From contig NC_017080.1 in assembly GCF_000284115.1 (NCBI RefSeq), positions 3,090,001 to 3,122,000 of the forward strand: DNA of 32,000 nt, given 5' to 3'. Both the position numbers and the translations under genes were made by a program. Below the pieces are notes generated by a model. That model was given only the letters and a program-made list of their open reading frames with translations, was not told the DNA's origin and ran no database searches. Shown in pieces: positions 1 to 8,033 of the stretch; the first letter of the stretch is position 1; the number at the start of each line of letters is the position of its first letter. Source of the DNA: Phycisphaera mikurensis NBRC 102666 (lineage in GTDB: Bacteria > Planctomycetota > Phycisphaerae > Phycisphaerales > Phycisphaeraceae).

Positions 1-1535
1 AGCAGAAGATGGACCTGGCGAACCTGGGCACCGCCCAGGTGCTCGACCTGCTCTCGCCGATGGACGAGATGGGCGTGATCGCGGTGGACTCCTCCGCCCA
101 CACGATCGCCGACCTCGCCCCGGTGAGCGACAAGGCGAAGCTACGCAACGACATCCTGCAGATCGAATCGATCGGCGGGGGCATCTTCGTGTTCCAGGCG
201 CTGAAGGCCTCGGCGGAGATGCTCAGCGATGCCCGGGCCGGCACGCGCCACATCGTGCTCTTCGCCGACGCCGCCGATGCCGTGGAGCCCGGGGCGTACG
301 CCGCCCTGCTCGCGCAGTGCCGGGCCGCGAACATCACCTGCAGCGTGATCGGCCTCGGCCGCGACACCGACCCCGACGCCGCCTTCCTCCGCGACGTCGC
401 CGCTCGGGGCGGCGGGCGGATCTTCTTTACCGAGGACGCCCGCAAGCTGCCGGCCCTCTTCGCGCAGGACACCTTCGCCGTCGCCCGCTCCGCCTTCGTG
501 GATGAGCCGACGCCGCTGGCCGCGACGGCGGCGCTCGCGCCGCTGCTGGGCGCCGCCGCCCCGCCGCCGGGCCCGCCCGCCGTCGGCGGCTTCGGGCTGA
601 CCTACCTCCGCCCCGAGGCCACGCCTGCGATCCTGACCGCCGACGACTTCAGAGCCCCCTTCGTCGCCACCTGGTCCGCCGGCCTCGGCCGCGCCGCCGC
701 CCTCACCGGCGAGGCCGACGGCGAGCACACCGGGAGCCTCCGCGGCTGGCCCGCCTACGGCGACCTGCTCGCCAGCCTCGCCCGCTTCACCGCCGGAGGC
801 TCTTCGGATGCGCGCGGCGGCGCTCCACCGGTCGGCCCGCCCGGCTCCCTCGCCCGCCAGCGCGTCGACGACGGCGAACTGACCGTCGAGCTGCTGCTCG
901 ACCCGGCGGCCGCGCCGCCCCGCGCGGAGATCTCCGCCCGCGTGGTCGTCTCCCGCCCCGGCCAGCCGCCGCGCCGGCTGCGTGTGCCGCTGCGGTACGC
1001 CGAGCCCGACCGCCTCGCCGCCACGGTCCCGCTCGCCGCCGAGGACACCGCCGTCGCCGCCGTGGACTTTGGCGACGGCACCGCCGCCCCGCTCCCGCCG
1101 GCACGCCTGCTCTACGACCCCGAGTACGCGCCCGCGCAGGAGGCCTCCCGCGGCCCCGCCACGCTCGCCGCCCTCGCCCGCGCCACCGGCGGCGTCCGCC
1201 GCGCCGACCTGGGCACCCTCTGGGACGACCTGCCCGCCGTCCCGCGGACCGTCCCGCTGGCGTGGCTCCTGTGGCTCGCGTCCGCGGCGGTGCTGCTGCT
1301 GGAGGTGCTCGAACGCCGCACCGGCTGGCTCTCCGCTCCCGCCGAAGCCCGCGGCCCCTCGGGAAGCGCCGCCGATGACGGCCGCGACGCTCCGACGCCG
1401 AAGCGGGCAACCGCCGCGAAGCCCCCAGCGGCGGCCGAAGCCGCGCCCGCAGCACCCCAGGCCCCGCTTCCATCCACCGGCCTCGGCTCCGCGTTCGACG
1501 CCGCCTCCCGCCGGGGGCGGGAGCGCATGAAGTGA
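1..1535 (+). CDS. von Willebrand factor A (VWA) domain membrane protein, C-terminal part (5' end lies outside the window)
   Basis: The frame of ORF 9..1535 stays open to the window edge. It has a VWA-like block (GTRHIVLFADAAD ... ITCSVIGLG ... GGRIFF) and a C-terminal TM helix (VPLAWLLWLASAAVLLLEVL), followed by an Ala/Pro-rich tail. Third codon positions are G/C-rich. Confidence 0.75.
   Translation, partial: QKMDLANLGTAQVLDLLSPMDEMGVIAVDSSAHTIADLAPVSDKAKLRNDILQIESIGGGIFVFQALKASAEMLSDARAGTRHIVLFADAADAVEPGAYAALLAQCRAANITCSVIGLGRDTDPDAAFLRDVAARGGGRIFFTEDARKLPALFAQDTFAVARSAFVDEPTPLAATAALAPLLGAAAPPPGPPAVGGFGLTYLRPEATPAILTADDFRAPFVATWSAGLGRAAALTGEADGEHTGSLRGWPAYGDLLASLARFTAGGSSDARGGAPPVGPPGSLARQRVDDGELTVELLLDPAAAPPRAEISARVVVSRPGQPPRRLRVPLRYAEPDRLAATVPLAAEDTAVAAVDFGDGTAAPLPPARLLYDPEYAPAQEASRGPATLAALARATGGVRRADLGTLWDDLPAVPRTVPLAWLLWLASAAVLLLEVLERRTGWLSAPAEARGPSGSAADDGRDAPTPKRATAAKPPAAAEAAPAAPQAPLPSTGLGSAFDAASRRGRERMK
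1242..1287. repeat. 46-nt hairpin repeat, copy 1 (degenerate right arm), inside the VWA CDS
   Basis: CCGCGGACCG at 1242-1251, a 26-nt spacer, then GCGTCCGCGG at 1278-1287. Eight of 10 arm positions pair. Confidence 0.6.
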
Positions 1536-1604
1536 GTCCGCTACGCCCAGCTCCGCCTTGGCTAAGTTGGACCCACCTCCAGCCGATGGGCGTGGACTCC
1601 CACC

Positions 1605-1859
1605 ATGACGTTCGCAAACATCCACAACGCCAAGACGCACCTCTCGAAGCTGGTGGCTGCCGCGGAGGCCGGCGAAGACGTGGTCATTGCGCGGGCGGGC
1701 AAGCCGGTCGTGCGGATGATCCCGTTCGAGAAGCCGGACACCGGGTTCGACTTCCGGGTCCCGGACCAGTTCACCGGGGAGATCTGGATGTCGGACGACT
1801 TCGATGATCCCGTCGACTTCGGGACGAACGACGATCCCGAGGATCTGGCCGAGCGATGA
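1605..1859 (+). CDS. Type II antitoxin, Phd/YefM family
   Basis: 84 aa. The N-terminus MTFANIHNAKTHLSKLV...VVIARAGKPVVRMIP fits the Phd/YefM pattern and the C-terminal tail is acidic. Its stop overlaps the next start (ATGA at 1856-1859). Confidence 0.8.
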   Translation: MTFANIHNAKTHLSKLVAAAEAGEDVVIARAGKPVVRMIPFEKPDTGFDFRVPDQFTGEIWMSDDFDDPVDFGTNDDPEDLAER

Positions 1860-2269
1860 GCTTCGGGCTCCATCCAGAGGGCTACCTCCTCGACACGCAC
1901 GTCCTGCTGCGGTGGCAGTTCGAAAGTGCGCGTCTCCCTGAGCGGGTGAGGGAGCTGCTGCGACGCGAGGACCCTCGGATCATCGTGTCGGTCTGCTCGC
2001 TCTGGGAGATCCGGATCAAGGAGCGCCTCGGGAAGCTGAAGCTCCCCGCCCGCTTCATCGACGTCCTCCGGAGTGACGCGATCCAGCGGCTCAACATCTC
2101 CACGGAGCACGCACTCACCGCCGGCGCGTTCGATCCACTGCACGGCGACCCGTTCGACCGCATGCTCGTTGCGCAGGCGCAGCTGGAGAACCTGACGCTC
2201 GTCGCCGCGGACGGCAAGCTCGCCGCCTACGGCGTGCCGATCCTCGACGCGAAGCCGAAGCGACGCTGA
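1856..2269 (+). CDS. vapC: PIN-domain ribonuclease toxin (VapC-like)
   Basis: 137 aa. PIN signature residues are present: LLDTHVLL (first Asp), SLWEIRIKE (Glu), GDPFDRMLVAQA (Asp) and LVAADGKL. The gene is translationally coupled to the upstream antitoxin. Confidence 0.85.
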   Translation: MSFGLHPEGYLLDTHVLLRWQFESARLPERVRELLRREDPRIIVSVCSLWEIRIKERLGKLKLPARFIDVLRSDAIQRLNISTEHALTAGAFDPLHGDPFDRMLVAQAQLENLTLVAADGKLAAYGVPILDAKPKRR

Positions 2270-2304
2270 TGCGCAGTTTTCCGCGTCACCCGCCGCTCCC
2301 GCAC

Positions 2305-2333
2305 TTGACCAACTGTCCTACGTGAAGTAGAAC
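2305..2333 (+). promoter_or_regulatory. Candidate sigma70-type promoter of the GntR-ABC operon
   Basis: TTGACC (2305-2310), a 17-nt spacer, then TAGAAC (2328-2333). The predicted TSS falls at about 2340, on the GTG start, which would make the transcript leaderless or nearly so. Confidence 0.4.
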
Positions 2334-2337
2334 AGTT
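2311..2337. promoter_or_regulatory. Candidate GntR/YtrA operator: 11-bp inverted repeat with 5-bp spacer
   Basis: AACTGTCCTAC-gtgaa-GTAGAACAGTT has one mismatch between arms. It fills the -35/-10 spacer and covers the -10 element of the regulator's own promoter. Confidence 0.5.
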
Positions 2338-2339
2338 AC

Positions 2340-2753
2340 GTGACCTCGCCCTCCTCCTCCTCCTTCCACCCGGAGATCACGACGGGCGGGTCGGTGCCGA
2401 TCTGGCTGCAGGTGGTGCGTGGGGTGCGGCTCGCCGTCGCGCAGGGCCGACTGCAGGAGGGTGAGGCGATGCCCAGCGTGCGGGCGATGGCCGAGCGGCT
2501 GGTCGTCAACCCCAACACGATCAGCAAGGCCTACGCCGAGCTGACGCGCGAGCACACGCTGGTGAGCCAGCCCGGCCGCGGCGTGTTCGTCGCCCCGCCG
2601 CGGGAGGTGCTCAGCCGCAAAGAGAAGAAGCGGCGCCTCGCCGAGGCGGCGGAAGAGCTCGTGCACGCCGCGGTGGAGGTCGACGCCGACCCGGCGGAAG
2701 CGATGGCGGCGCTGCAGAAGGCGCTGGTCCGCCTCCGCGTCGCCGCGGCCTGA
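2340..2753 (+). CDS. GntR family transcriptional regulator, YtrA-like subfamily
   Basis: 137 aa with a GTG start. The N-terminus EITTGGSVPIWLQV aligns with the I-x-I-D-x-x-S-x-x-P-I-Y start of YtrA-type regulators. The winged HTH reads MPSVRAMAERLVVNPNTISKAYAELTREHTLVSQPGRGVFV, followed by a short helical C-terminal domain. An in-frame stop at 2328-2330 prevents upstream extension. An alternative GTG lies at 2394. Confidence 0.8.
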   Translation: MTSPSSSSFHPEITTGGSVPIWLQVVRGVRLAVAQGRLQEGEAMPSVRAMAERLVVNPNTISKAYAELTREHTLVSQPGRGVFVAPPREVLSRKEKKRRLAEAAEELVHAAVEVDADPAEAMAALQKALVRLRVAAA

Positions 2754-2776
2754 CCCAGCCCCAGAAGGAACCGCCC

Positions 2777-3721
2777 ATGGAACCCGTCCTCACCTGCACC
2801 GGCCTCGCGAAGGCCTACGGCAAGCACCTCGCGCTCGAGCCGCTCGACTGGGAGGTGCACCGCGGCGGCGTCGTCGCGATCCTCGGCCGCAACGGATCGT
2901 GCAAGAGCACGCTGATCCGGCTGGTGATGGGGCTCGAAGCTCCGACCGCCGGCGGCTCCACGCTGCTCGGCTGCCCGAGCACGGAGCTGACGCCCGAGAT
3001 CCGCGAGCGCGTCGGCTACCTGATCGAGGGCCACCCGACGCACACGCACCTGCGCGTCCGGCAGCTTGCTGCCTCCGAGGCGGACCTGCACCCACGCTTC
3101 GAAGCTTCGATCCTCGACCGCGTGCTCGACCACTTCCGCATCGAGCCCGAGCAGAAGGCCGGCTCGCTCTCCCGCGGCCAACGCGGCGGCCTCATGCTCG
3201 GCCTCGCCCTCGCCGCCCAGCCCGAGCTGCTGGTGATGGACGATCCCACGCTCGGTCTCGACCCCGTCGCGAAGCGGGCCCTCCGCGAGGCCCTGCTCTT
3301 CACCACCCGCGACCCCGGCCGCACCGTCGTCATCGCCACCCACGACCTCGCCGACGTCGAGCGCCTGGCCGACCGCGTCGCCGTCTTCGACCGCGGCAGC
3401 CTGCGGGCCTGGTGCAGCACCGAGGTGCTCGGCGAGCGCGTGCTGCGTGTGCGTGTGTCCGCCGTCGACGGCTCCTTCACCGACGAGGCCTTCGGGCATG
3501 TGCCCGGCCTGCTCACCGGCCGCATCGATCCGGGCGGGAGCGAGGCCGAGCTGATGATCGTCACGCCGAGCGAGGCGGGGCTGGACGAGGAGCAGGAGGA
3601 CGCGCTCGACCGGCTCGGCCGCGTCGAAGCCGTCGTGCAGCCGGGCTTCGAGGCGGCGGCGATGGCCTACCTCGAAGAGGGGCCGGTGAGCGAGGGCTTC
3701 CTCGCGGGGGTGGCTTCGTGA
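2777..3721 (+). CDS. ABC transporter ATP-binding protein
   Basis: Walker A GRNGSCKST, signature LSRGQRGG, Walker B LLVMDDPTLGLD and H-loop ATHD. A GAAGGA Shine-Dalgarno-like sequence lies upstream. The gene starts 23 nt after the GntR gene. Confidence 0.9.
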   Translation: MEPVLTCTGLAKAYGKHLALEPLDWEVHRGGVVAILGRNGSCKSTLIRLVMGLEAPTAGGSTLLGCPSTELTPEIRERVGYLIEGHPTHTHLRVRQLAASEADLHPRFEASILDRVLDHFRIEPEQKAGSLSRGQRGGLMLGLALAAQPELLVMDDPTLGLDPVAKRALREALLFTTRDPGRTVVIATHDLADVERLADRVAVFDRGSLRAWCSTEVLGERVLRVRVSAVDGSFTDEAFGHVPGLLTGRIDPGGSEAELMIVTPSEAGLDEEQEDALDRLGRVEAVVQPGFEAAAMAYLEEGPVSEGFLAGVAS

Positions 3722-5445
3722 AGCGTGTCTCCCCCACCCGCGTCGCCGCCCGGCTCTCGCTGCTCACGCTGTGGCCGTGGACGCTGGGGCTGCTCCTGGT
3801 CAACACCGTCGGCCTCTTCTGGGTGGTGCTCGTCGAGGCCAGCCACACCGGCATCCACCACGAGAACACGCAGGCCACGCTGCTCGCGCTCTCGGTGCTC
3901 AACGCGCTGGTGCTCGGCTTCCGCGGCTGGTTCGACGGGTTCAGCACCGGCGGCTGGGCGTTGCTCGCGCACCAGGCCGCGTCTCGAACGGACGTGTTCG
4001 TCGGCAGGGTGGTCGTCGGGCTCGGGCTGCAGCTGGCGGTTCTGCTGCTTCCGTGGCTGGCGGTTTCAGCGTTCCACGCGACGCCGGGCGTGGTGGCTGC
4101 GCCCTACTTCGCGGAGATGACCGGCGTCGGGCTCGTGTGGATCCTCGCGGGCGTGCCGGTGCACCTCGCGGCGGTGGCGACGGTGTTCCACGAGCCCCGG
4201 CATCCGCTGATGCGGACGCTCTGGGGGCTCGCGGCGGCGGCGGTCGCCGCCGCCTTGGAGGCGACCGGGCCGTCGGTCTCGCTGGCAGCGATCGTCGGCA
4301 GCCCGGAGGAGACGCTGCGCCTGTCCGTCAGGCTTCCGCCGCCGCGGCCCGGGCCGGCCAACGCTGCGCCCTGGACGGCCGAGCCCGCCTGGTCGGAGCT
4401 GGGCACGCTCTACGAAGAGGTCGACGCGGAGCCCGGCAGCGGGAGCCGCGCGTACCTGGACTTCCGCCGCGGCCTCCTGCAGACGTACCCGCGTCGGGAA
4501 CGGAACGGGCGGCTTCCGGCCGTGGAGGCGGTGGAGCTGCCCGACCGCGTGGGCGGGTGGGCGGTACCGCGGCCGACGCCGGCGGAGTTGGGGGAGCCGG
4601 GGGTGGCGGGATCCGAGGCGAGCGGATCCTGGACGTTTCACGGCGGGAGCGGCCCGGCGGTGGGGACGTTCGCGCTTTCCGGGCGCGCGTCCGGCGGCAC
4701 CGGGAGCGGCGTGATCCGCATCGGCACCGGCGTCGACCGCTGGTCGGTGGCGGACGCCCGCTTCCAGATCCACTCGCGGGGGTTCGAAGCGCTGTTCCCG
4801 GAGGCCGCCGCGAGCGGATCCCCCGCGGTGCTGATGGCGGCGGCCGATGGCCTCGCGTTCCGCAGCTTCCCGCCGTCGGGGCCGATCACCCACGCCGCCG
4901 CGCCCCCGCCGCCCGCGACTGTCGCCCCCGGTGGCAGTGCGTCGGGTTCGCTCCGAGAGGGCGGGACGGCAAGCTTCCTCGTCGCCGGGCCGGCGGGGAC
5001 CGCGTACTGGAGCACGCACCCCGCAGACGCGACGCGGGGCTGGGAGGTTCTCGCTCCACCGCCCGCGCTCACCGAGCGGGCGCCTCCGTTTACGCTCACC
5101 CTGCCGGCCGCGTTGGCGGGCTCCGCGGCGCCGGCCTGGTGCCACCTGCTGCCGCGGGAACTGCCCGGCTCGATCGCCGGCTGGCACGTAGCGGCGACGC
5201 TGCTGCACGCGATCGTCTTCGCGGCGCTGCCCATCGGCCTCACGCGCGTCGGTGACCGCCGCTCGCACCCGCTCGCCGCCGCGGCGGCCGGGTTGCTGCT
5301 CGGCCCGACGCTCAGCCTCGTGCTGCTCCTGGAGCGCAAGCCGCGGACCGTGGCAGAAGTGGAGCCGAAACCCCGGCGGTCCGCGGTTACGCGGTTGCTC
5401 GTGCCGGCGGTCGCGACCGTCAAGCCGCCAGCCGCGGCCGGTTGA
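3718..5445 (+). CDS. Polytopic membrane protein, putative permease partner of the ABC ATPase
   Basis: The GTG at 3718 overlaps the ATPase stop (GTGA). The N-terminal half has about 6 hydrophobic helices, followed by a large non-hydrophobic middle region and two C-terminal helices. I recognised no family. The upstream part of ORF 2899..5445 is an alternate-frame artefact over the ATPase gene. Confidence 0.6.
   Translation: MKRVSPTRVAARLSLLTLWPWTLGLLLVNTVGLFWVVLVEASHTGIHHENTQATLLALSVLNALVLGFRGWFDGFSTGGWALLAHQAASRTDVFVGRVVVGLGLQLAVLLLPWLAVSAFHATPGVVAAPYFAEMTGVGLVWILAGVPVHLAAVATVFHEPRHPLMRTLWGLAAAAVAAALEATGPSVSLAAIVGSPEETLRLSVRLPPPRPGPANAAPWTAEPAWSELGTLYEEVDAEPGSGSRAYLDFRRGLLQTYPRRERNGRLPAVEAVELPDRVGGWAVPRPTPAELGEPGVAGSEASGSWTFHGGSGPAVGTFALSGRASGGTGSGVIRIGTGVDRWSVADARFQIHSRGFEALFPEAAASGSPAVLMAAADGLAFRSFPPSGPITHAAAPPPPATVAPGGSASGSLREGGTASFLVAGPAGTAYWSTHPADATRGWEVLAPPPALTERAPPFTLTLPAALAGSAAPAWCHLLPRELPGSIAGWHVAATLLHAIVFAALPIGLTRVGDRRSHPLAAAAAGLLLGPTLSLVLLLERKPRTVAEVEPKPRRSAVTRLLVPAVATVKPPAAAG
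5341..5386. repeat. 46-nt hairpin repeat, copy 2 (perfect arms), in the 3' tail of the membrane-protein ORF
   Basis: CCGCGGACCG at 5341-5350, a 26-nt spacer (tggcagaagtggagCCGAAACCCCGg), then CGGTCCGCGG at 5377-5386. It lies 34 nt from the stop of the convergent gene. Confidence 0.9.
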
Positions 5446-7915
5446 GTCCGCCGGCGGCGGCGTGGCAGAAGGCGGGCACGTCCTCGGGGCGGAGCGGGCG
5501 GGAGAGGCCGAAGCCCTGCACGAAGTCGCAGCGGAGGGAGGTGGCGATCTCCAGCTGCAGCGGCGTCTCGATGCCCTCGGCAACCACCTCCAGGCGCAGC
5601 GTGCGGGCGAGATCGAGCACGCCACGGAACACGGCGGTCCGCGTGGCGTCGACGCCGAGGCCGCTCACGAAGGCACGGTCGATCTTCAGGACGTCCAGCG
5701 GGAAGCGGTGCAGCGCGGCGAGGGAGGACTGGCCGGTGCCGAAGTCGTCGAGGTCGATGCGGATGCCGCCGGCCCGCAGCTTCGCAAGGGTCCGCAGCGC
5801 GGCCTCGGGCTCGTCCATCACCTCCCGCTCGGTCACCTCCAGGTGCAGCCGCGACGCCGGCACGCCGTGCTTCGCCAGCAGCGTCGACGCGGTCCGGCAG
5901 AAGCCGGGGTCCGCCAGCTGCCGACGCGAGAGGTTCACGCTTAGCGCCGCGTCTCGGGGGAAGCGGGGGTCGCGACGCCAGCCCGCGTAAGCCTCCAGCG
6001 CCCGGTCGAGGATCCAGGCGCCGAGCGGGATGATCTGGCCGCTCGCTTCCGCCAGCGGGATGAAGCGGTCCGGCGGGATGCTGCCCAGCTCGGGGTGGTC
6101 CCAACGGACCAGCGCCTCGAGCGACTCGGTGCCGCCGCTCCGGGTCCTGACGATCGGTTGATAGACCAGCCGCATCTCCGCACGCTCCGCCGCGCGAGGC
6201 AGGTCGGCGGCCACCTGCATCCGCAGCCGCTCCTCCTCCCGCATCTCCGCGTCGAAGACGCGCAGCGTGCCGGGCGCCCGCCGCTTCGCCTCGTACATCG
6301 CCGCGTCCGCCTCACGCAGCAGCGCGGCGACGTCGCGGTGGCCGGCGTTCCCCAGCGCCACCCCCACGCTCGCGGTGGAGCGGACGGTGTGCCCGCCGAT
6401 GTCGTAGTCGGGCGCCAGCACGTCGAGCAGGCGCTTGCCGACCGCTTCCGCGTCGGCCACGCCCCCAAGACCCTCGATGAGCACGACGAACTCGTCGCCG
6501 CCGAGGCGTGCGGCCATGAGGTCGCGGGTCCGGCGGCCCGGCGTCGGGGTCGCCTTCATCCTCCCGGCGGCGGTCGCGTCCTCGCTCCGCAACGCCGCCC
6601 GCAGGCGGCCGCCGATCAGCCGCAGCAGCTCGTCGCCGGCGTCGTGGCCGAGGCGGTCGTTGACCTGCTTGAAGCGGTCGAAGTCCAGGAAGAAGACCGC
6701 GAACCGAGGCCCCTCCGCGGCGCCGGACCGGGCGTCCGCCATGGCTTGCGCGATCCGGTCGATGATGCGGGCCCGGTTGGGGAGGCCGGTGAGCCGGTCG
6801 GTCATCGCGGCCCGCTTGAGGTCCAGCGTCATCGTCCGGGCCAGCGTGTGGGCGTGCCGGAGCATCGTCCGCTGCGAACGCAGCAGCAAGCCGAGCACCA
6901 GGGCCAGCAGCGATCCGCCGGCCGCCGTCGCCACGGCCGGCGCGTGCGACGCCGCCTGGAAGGCGTCGTTGGGGCGGGTGCGGATGGACCAGTCGCGCCC
7001 GCCCAGGCGCAGGGTCCGCGTCGACGATCCCGGCCCCCGCACGGCGGCGGCGGCCGGGCCGGTGGCCGCCGCGACGTACAGCACCTCCGGCTCGGCACCG
7101 GGCCGGAGCTCATCCACCGCGAAGTCCAGCTCGTGGTCGGTCACGCGGGCGGCGCCCGTGAAGAGGCGATCGGCCCGCAGCGCGACCATCAGCCAGCCGC
7201 GGATCGCGGCGCGGCGGGCCGCTTCGTCGATCGGCGGCGGCCCGTGCCCGTAATCGCCGAGCAGCAGGAGGAAGCCCGGGGTGCCGGCCCCGTCGCCGCG
7301 GAGGCGGAGCGTGGCCGTCAGCACCGGCTCCCCCGTGTCGCGGGCGCGTTCGGCGGCGGCCCGCCGACGCGGCTCCGACTCCAGCCCCTGGCCCAGCACC
7401 GTGGCGTTGGGGCCTTCGGGCTCGGCGTACTTCATGGCCAGCCACGGCCGGTCCGCCGGCGGCGGGGACGCGAAGGCATCGGGAGAATTCAAGGACCCGT
7501 CCGCCCGGACCTCGCGGAGGAAGGCCTCGCGGTCGGCCGGGAGGACGTTCTGCGCGTAGCCGATGCCGATGGCCGCCGGGTAGAGGGTGGCCGGCTGCTG
7601 GCTGGCGACCGAGCGGCTGAAGCCCGCGCGCGACACGTGGACGCTGCCGGCGAAGGCGGAGCGGAGGCCCCGCAGCCCGTGGGCGTAGATCTCCACCCGC
7701 CGCTGCAGCTCCTCCGCGAGCTTCTCGGCCAGCCGCTCGTGCCGAGCCGCGTCCTGCGCCCGGTTGGCGTGCACGAGGCCGCCGGTCGCCAGCGTCGTCA
7801 GCGTGAGCACCGCCACGACGAGGAACCGCGGCCGCGGGAGGCGCTCCGCGAGCATCCGATCACGGAGAACCGTGGCGGCGGGCGAAGCGGGCGGGTGGCT
7901 GCGGCGTTCGTCCAT
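5420..7915 (-). CDS. CHASE sensor domain / GGDEF / EAL protein (c-di-GMP turnover)
   Basis: The N-terminal TM helix is followed by a CHASE-like periplasmic block (MKYAEPEGPNATVLGQGLESEPRRRAAAERARDTGEPVLTATLRL) and a second TM helix. The GGDEF motif is intact (ARLGGDEFVV). The EAL domain has EALVRW, VNLS, EVTE, DDFGTG, KIDRAF, EGIET and QGF. I chose the ATG at 7915 (MDERR...) because the upstream part of ORF 5420..8167 overlaps the NlpC/P60 gene. Confidence 0.85.
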   Translation of the reverse strand: MDERRSHPPASPAATVLRDRMLAERLPRPRFLVVAVLTLTTLATGGLVHANRAQDAARHERLAEKLAEELQRRVEIYAHGLRGLRSAFAGSVHVSRAGFSRSVASQQPATLYPAAIGIGYAQNVLPADREAFLREVRADGSLNSPDAFASPPPADRPWLAMKYAEPEGPNATVLGQGLESEPRRRAAAERARDTGEPVLTATLRLRGDGAGTPGFLLLLGDYGHGPPPIDEAARRAAIRGWLMVALRADRLFTGAARVTDHELDFAVDELRPGAEPEVLYVAAATGPAAAAVRGPGSSTRTLRLGGRDWSIRTRPNDAFQAASHAPAVATAAGGSLLALVLGLLLRSQRTMLRHAHTLARTMTLDLKRAAMTDRLTGLPNRARIIDRIAQAMADARSGAAEGPRFAVFFLDFDRFKQVNDRLGHDAGDELLRLIGGRLRAALRSEDATAAGRMKATPTPGRRTRDLMAARLGGDEFVVLIEGLGGVADAEAVGKRLLDVLAPDYDIGGHTVRSTASVGVALGNAGHRDVAALLREADAAMYEAKRRAPGTLRVFDAEMREEERLRMQVAADLPRAAERAEMRLVYQPIVRTRSGGTESLEALVRWDHPELGSIPPDRFIPLAEASGQIIPLGAWILDRALEAYAGWRRDPRFPRDAALSVNLSRRQLADPGFCRTASTLLAKHGVPASRLHLEVTEREVMDEPEAALRTLAKLRAGGIRIDLDDFGTGQSSLAALHRFPLDVLKIDRAFVSGLGVDATRTAVFRGVLDLARTLRLEVVAEGIETPLQLEIATSLRCDFVQGFGLSRPLRPEDVPAFCHAAAGGLNRPRLAA

Positions 7916-8033
7916 CGGAAGAGGTGGGGCCCCGGCGTCTGCCCCTCTCTTCGGTTCCCAAGCGGCGAAGCTCAAGCCGCCGCGGCCGCCCCGCGCCCGA
8001 TCCGTCGCGGTCCGGGCGGGTCCGGGGCATCGC

